Shown: positions 28,002 to 32,000 of the stretch, piece by piece
How the letters are laid out: the number at the start of each line of letters is the position of its first letter
Position numbering within the stretch: the first letter of the stretch is position 1
From: Moraxella nasovis
Lineage (GTDB): Bacteria; Pseudomonadota; Gammaproteobacteria; Pseudomonadales; Moraxellaceae
Assembly: GCF_022701215.1 (NCBI RefSeq)
Contig: NZ_CP089976.1
Location: 1,350,001 to 1,382,000 of the forward strand
Length of the DNA: 32,000 nt
Direction of reading: 5' to 3'
Notes under the pieces: model-generated
The model's input: the letters and a program-made list of their open reading frames with translations, nothing else
The model's database searches: none
Told to the model about the DNA's origin: nothing
Translations under genes and position numbers: made by a program

Positions 28002-28290
28002 ATGACAAAAGTGGTTTTAAAAGGCTTTATTTTTATCCCAAATGAGAAGAAAGTACAGATTTTGTCAGCATTAGATGAGCATATTAAATTGACTAAGCAA
28101 GAACAAGGCTGTTTGGTATTTGACATTCGCTTAGATAATGAATGTCAAAATAAATACTGGATATATGAAAAATTTGTTAATAAAGCTGCTTTTGAATATC
28201 ATTAAAAACCGCGTTCGTTCATCAGCTTGGGGCAAAATTTCTACTGATGTCAAAAGATGTGATGAGCCTTTGATTGAGTTGTTGGACTAA
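28002..28290 (+). pseudogene. ABM-domain (antibiotic biosynthesis monooxygenase-like) small protein, apparently frameshifted
   Basis: - The 67-aa ORF (MTKVVLKGFIFIP...GCLVFDIRL...YEKFVNKAAFEYH) stops at 28203-28205.
- The +1 frame from 28204 continues KNRVRSSAWGKISTDVKRCDEPLIELLD* to 28290.
- That continuation restores a typical ~95-aa ABM fold with the expected H-x-x-RV-x-x-S-x-WG tail.
- The break lies at a T2A5 run (cattaaaaacc). Confidence 0.6.
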
Positions 28291-28301
28291 TGTAAAAACG
28301 T

Positions 28302-29249
28302 ATGACAAACATGAATGAGCGAAAATTTCCTATTCCCACCAGTTATCTTGGGATTTCATTGGGGCTTGGGGCATCGACTCTTGCGTGGCGACACGCGCAG
28401 GTGTTTTTTGATGGATATGCACAAATAAGCTTGGTGCTGGGTGTGATGGCAAGTGTGGTGTGGCTTTTGCACATCATCGCCTTTATCATTAAGATGATAC
28501 GCTATCCAAATCAGCTGTCTGATGAATGGCAACACCCCATACAATTTTCGTTTTTAAGTATGATACCCATCACAACCATCATCATGGGCGATATTTGGTA
28601 TGCGTGGTACAGACCAGTGGGCGAGCTACTCATGATATTAGGCATTGTTGGGCAATTGGCGTTTGTATTTTGGCGGGTCGCCCCACTTTGGAAGGGTAAT
28701 TTTTGTCAAGAATCGGTGATGCCACCGTTTTATTTGCCTTTTGTGGCGGCGAATTTTAGCAGTGCAGGGGCAATGGCGTTGCTTGGTTTTACCGATGTGG
28801 CGTATTTATTTTTTGGGGCAGGGATGATTGCATGGGTGATTATTGAGCCGATTATCCTACAAAACCTACGCAGTTATACCCATAATCAGGCATTGCGTCC
28901 AACCTTGGGAATTGTGCTGGCTCCTGCTTTTGTGGGCAGTATGGCATATCTTAGTATCAATCATGGTCAGGTAGATACTTTCGCAAAAATCCTGTGGGGC
29001 TATGGTTTATTGCAGGCGTTGATTTTATTAAGATTATTGCCTTGGATTGCCGAAAAAGGCTTTGTGATTGGACTTTGGTCGTTTTCGTTTGGTTTGGCAT
29101 CTATGATGGGTACGGCAGGGATTCTTTATCAGCACAGCCAGCTCGGTGTGGTGGCACACACGGCGTTTTGGGTAGCTAATGCAGGTGTGTGCTTACTCAT
29201 TGTAGGGACGCTCGTTCGGTTGGTGCAAGGGCGGTTTACTGTCAAATAA
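28302..29249 (+). CDS. tehA: TehA/SLAC1-family anion channel / tellurite-resistance protein TehA homolog
   Basis: A 315-aa protein with about 10 TM segments, collinear with my recollection of E. coli TehA (P..YLGI.LG..G...AWR, LWKG, PFYLPFVAANF, EPIILQNLRS, LRLLPW, WSFSFG). Confidence 0.85.
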   Translation: MTNMNERKFPIPTSYLGISLGLGASTLAWRHAQVFFDGYAQISLVLGVMASVVWLLHIIAFIIKMIRYPNQLSDEWQHPIQFSFLSMIPITTIIMGDIWYAWYRPVGELLMILGIVGQLAFVFWRVAPLWKGNFCQESVMPPFYLPFVAANFSSAGAMALLGFTDVAYLFFGAGMIAWVIIEPIILQNLRSYTHNQALRPTLGIVLAPAFVGSMAYLSINHGQVDTFAKILWGYGLLQALILLRLLPWIAEKGFVIGLWSFSFGLASMMGTAGILYQHSQLGVVAHTAFWVANAGVCLLIVGTLVRLVQGRFTVK

Positions 29250-29331
29250 GACGCGATATAAGACACAATAAAAGAAACTTGCGATAAAATCTTGCAGATT
29301 GTAATTTTAAAAAAACCGCCCTAATCGCAAT

Positions 29332-30203
29332 ATGATGATGAATAAAATAATTTTTAAACCAGAGATTTTTGCTGTCATCGCCGCCATATTAAATGGCACA
29401 AGTGGCGTATTCACAAGGTGGGCGTTTAATTTAAATACCACGCCTGCGACATTAGCATTTTGGAAGTGTTTTTTGGCTTTTGTATTGATGGCAATTTTTT
29501 GCACCATCAATAATCAGCTCACAAAAGATGTAATAGGGCTTGTAAAACATTGGAAAAAATTTGCGTTATTGAGTTTTTTGGGGATTTTTTGTTTATACTT
29601 TTTTGAAACTTGGGCATTCAATCAGGCTAGTATCCCTTTGGTGTCCTTTCTAACTTATGCAGCAGGTATTATTACTTTATTGTTATCGGTAATATTTTTA
29701 AAAGAAAAAATCACAGTTTATAAGATAATCGCATTTTGTAGTATTATTGCGGGTGTCTTTTTTATGTTGTTGTTTGCAAAAGATGTCAAGGGTAGTTTGT
29801 TTGGTGTTGTTTTTGCACTGCTTGGTGGGTTAGGTTATGCGTTATTTATTTTTATGTCAAAAATTTTAAAAGTAGGCAGTGGTATCGCTCAACTTTTTTG
29901 GTTGTTTTTATTTGGTAGTTTATTTTGTTTGTACCATGGTTAATAGATGGTATGCAAATACCAGCAAGTTTTGCATGGGTTGCTATACTTTGTTTGGTGT
30001 TATTGCCTACTATTGGCGGGTTTTATTTTACAACCAAAGCCGTAGAATTGGGTGAGGCAAGTAAAGTGCAAATTATAGAAACAAGCGACCCACTTTTTGC
30101 CACCTTATTTGCGTTTATATTTTTTGGTGATTTGTTAGGATTTTATGGTTACATTGGTGCTTTATTGATATTTGTTGGGCTTTTGACCTCAATTAAATCA
30201 TAA
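29332..30203 (+). pseudogene. EamA/DMT-superfamily transporter split into two overlapping ORFs by a frameshift
   Basis: - ORF 29332-29943 (203 aa, about 6-7 TM) and ORF 29925-30203 (92 aa, about 3 TM) together make a standard ~290-aa, 10-TM DMT protein.
- The frames differ by one nucleotide.
- The overlap window of the two frames (29919-29943) contains T-runs (tttattttgtttg).
- The region is very AT/T-rich. Confidence 0.7.
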
Positions 30204-30258
30204 AGTTTATTTTTGAGTATATCTCAACCCAACCGCCCCAATCTCATTGGTGGCATAA

Positions 30259-31296
<1,038 letters not shown>

Positions 31297-31322
31297 TTTT
31301 TTGCCTTGATTTGTTGTACAAT

Positions 31323-31349
31323 AAACGGTCGCTTAGGCGATCGTTTTTT
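31323..31349 (+). terminator. Intrinsic terminator downstream of ilvC
   Basis: The sequence is aaacggtcgc-ttag-gcgatcgttt followed by ttt: a 10-bp stem (one G-U pair) plus a T-run, 27 nt after the ilvC stop. Confidence 0.7.
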
Positions 31350-31367
31350 ATAAATTACTAGAATGAT

Positions 31368-31802
31368 ATGAATAATTTTGATGTAAGTATGTTGGCTATC
31401 TCCTTGGGTTATTGGGAAAAAGCGTATATTGTGGCAAGTTTGATCGTTGCGGTGATGATTTGGATAGAAGCGACCATGCTAAGTTGTAATGACGGCAAGC
31501 TACCAGAGCAAGTGGGATTTATGATGGTGAGTATGATTACATCATCATGGCTTGTGATATCTGGACTTGCTTTGTGGTTCTTAGAATTTGACAGCTTTGC
31601 GATGGCTGTGCCTGTGATGTATGGGGTGTACTCGGTATTAGGCTGGTTCTATGGTGCTAAACTTATGGCTAAGACAGATGTTCCAGATAATCCAGCTGAT
31701 TTTGTGGTTCCTGCCAAATATCTTGTGTTTTCTAAATCTTTTGCCATTGCGTTCGCCATTTTATCAATCTTTGTCTTATGTACGACCTATTTTATACCAT
31801 GA
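31368..31802 (+). CDS. Hypothetical small integral membrane protein (144 aa, about 4 predicted TM helices)
   Basis: The ORF begins after the ilvC terminator. Four long hydrophobic segments are visible, but no family motif I recognise. A hairpin follows at 31808-31829 (atgagc-tagatat-gctcat-ttt). Confidence 0.5.
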   Translation: MNNFDVSMLAISLGYWEKAYIVASLIVAVMIWIEATMLSCNDGKLPEQVGFMMVSMITSSWLVISGLALWFLEFDSFAMAVPVMYGVYSVLGWFYGAKLMAKTDVPDNPADFVVPAKYLVFSKSFAIAFAILSIFVLCTTYFIP

Positions 31803-32000
31803 TAAGGATGAGCTAGATATGCTCATTTTAATCGTATAGATTGTGTTTGTGATAGTGCCTGAAGTCCTAAAATAAAGTTGTTAGCAAGATTATTTTAATT
31901 TTTTTTGAAAAAATAATCCCCAAACGGGATAAATTTTGTTATACTAGGCGTATGGTATTTATGTACCGCTGTAAGTTTAGACTAAAATCATGGTTTTGTG

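Noticed and set aside
27848-28126. 92-aa minus-strand ORF spanning the ilvH 3' end and the ABM gene start. A 67-aa minus-strand ORF at 29307-29510, antisense to the eamA start, is similar.
   Set aside because: Both are antisense to better-supported plus-strand genes. Neither has an RBS or a motif. Their hydrophobic or basic composition reflects the AT-rich antisense strand.

Overview
This window reads as a densely packed core-chromosome segment of an AT-leaning gammaproteobacterium. It is most consistent with Moraxellaceae (Moraxella/Psychrobacter-like). That placement is an inference from protein sequence flavour, a short-form AccA, and the TPR-lolB-ispE-tRNA-Gln-prs gene order shared with Pseudomonadales.

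Gene content, left to right:
- secA (5'-partial), convergent with rne
- a long non-coding rne leader, then a pgpC-like HAD phosphatase
- rluC, ppx/gppA and accA on the + strand
- a minus-strand block: epmA, pdxB, an AI-2E transporter, yaiI-like, purK, purE, a PPP-type metallophosphoesterase and a rhomboid
- an OmpA_C-domain membrane protein
- a second minus-strand block: prs, two tandem tRNA-Gln(UUG), ispE, lolB and a large TPR protein
- ilvI-ilvH, then three accessory ORFs (a frameshifted ABM-like monooxygenase, tehA, a frameshifted EamA/DMT transporter), then ilvC and a small 4-TM orphan

I see no transposase, integrase, phage gene, CRISPR array, toxin-antitoxin pair or recognisable defence gene. 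I cannot honestly point to a novel multi-gene system here.

The items most worth a second look:
- the ~2.3 kb accessory insert splitting ilvIH from ilvC, with two of its three genes disrupted at homopolymer runs and a 13-bp near-perfect direct repeat flanking the eamA remnant
- the 679-nt structured, repeat-containing rne leader, with an AT-rich pgpC-like gene lying between rne and rluC
- a 6 x 15-bp in-frame SPK-type repeat forming an N-terminal extension of RluC
- a perfect 12-bp hairpin abutting the purK start codon
- TGTCAAA-type repeats and AT-rich 12-mer repeats upstream of ilvI

All homology statements come from reading the translations and from recalled family motifs. No searches were run.
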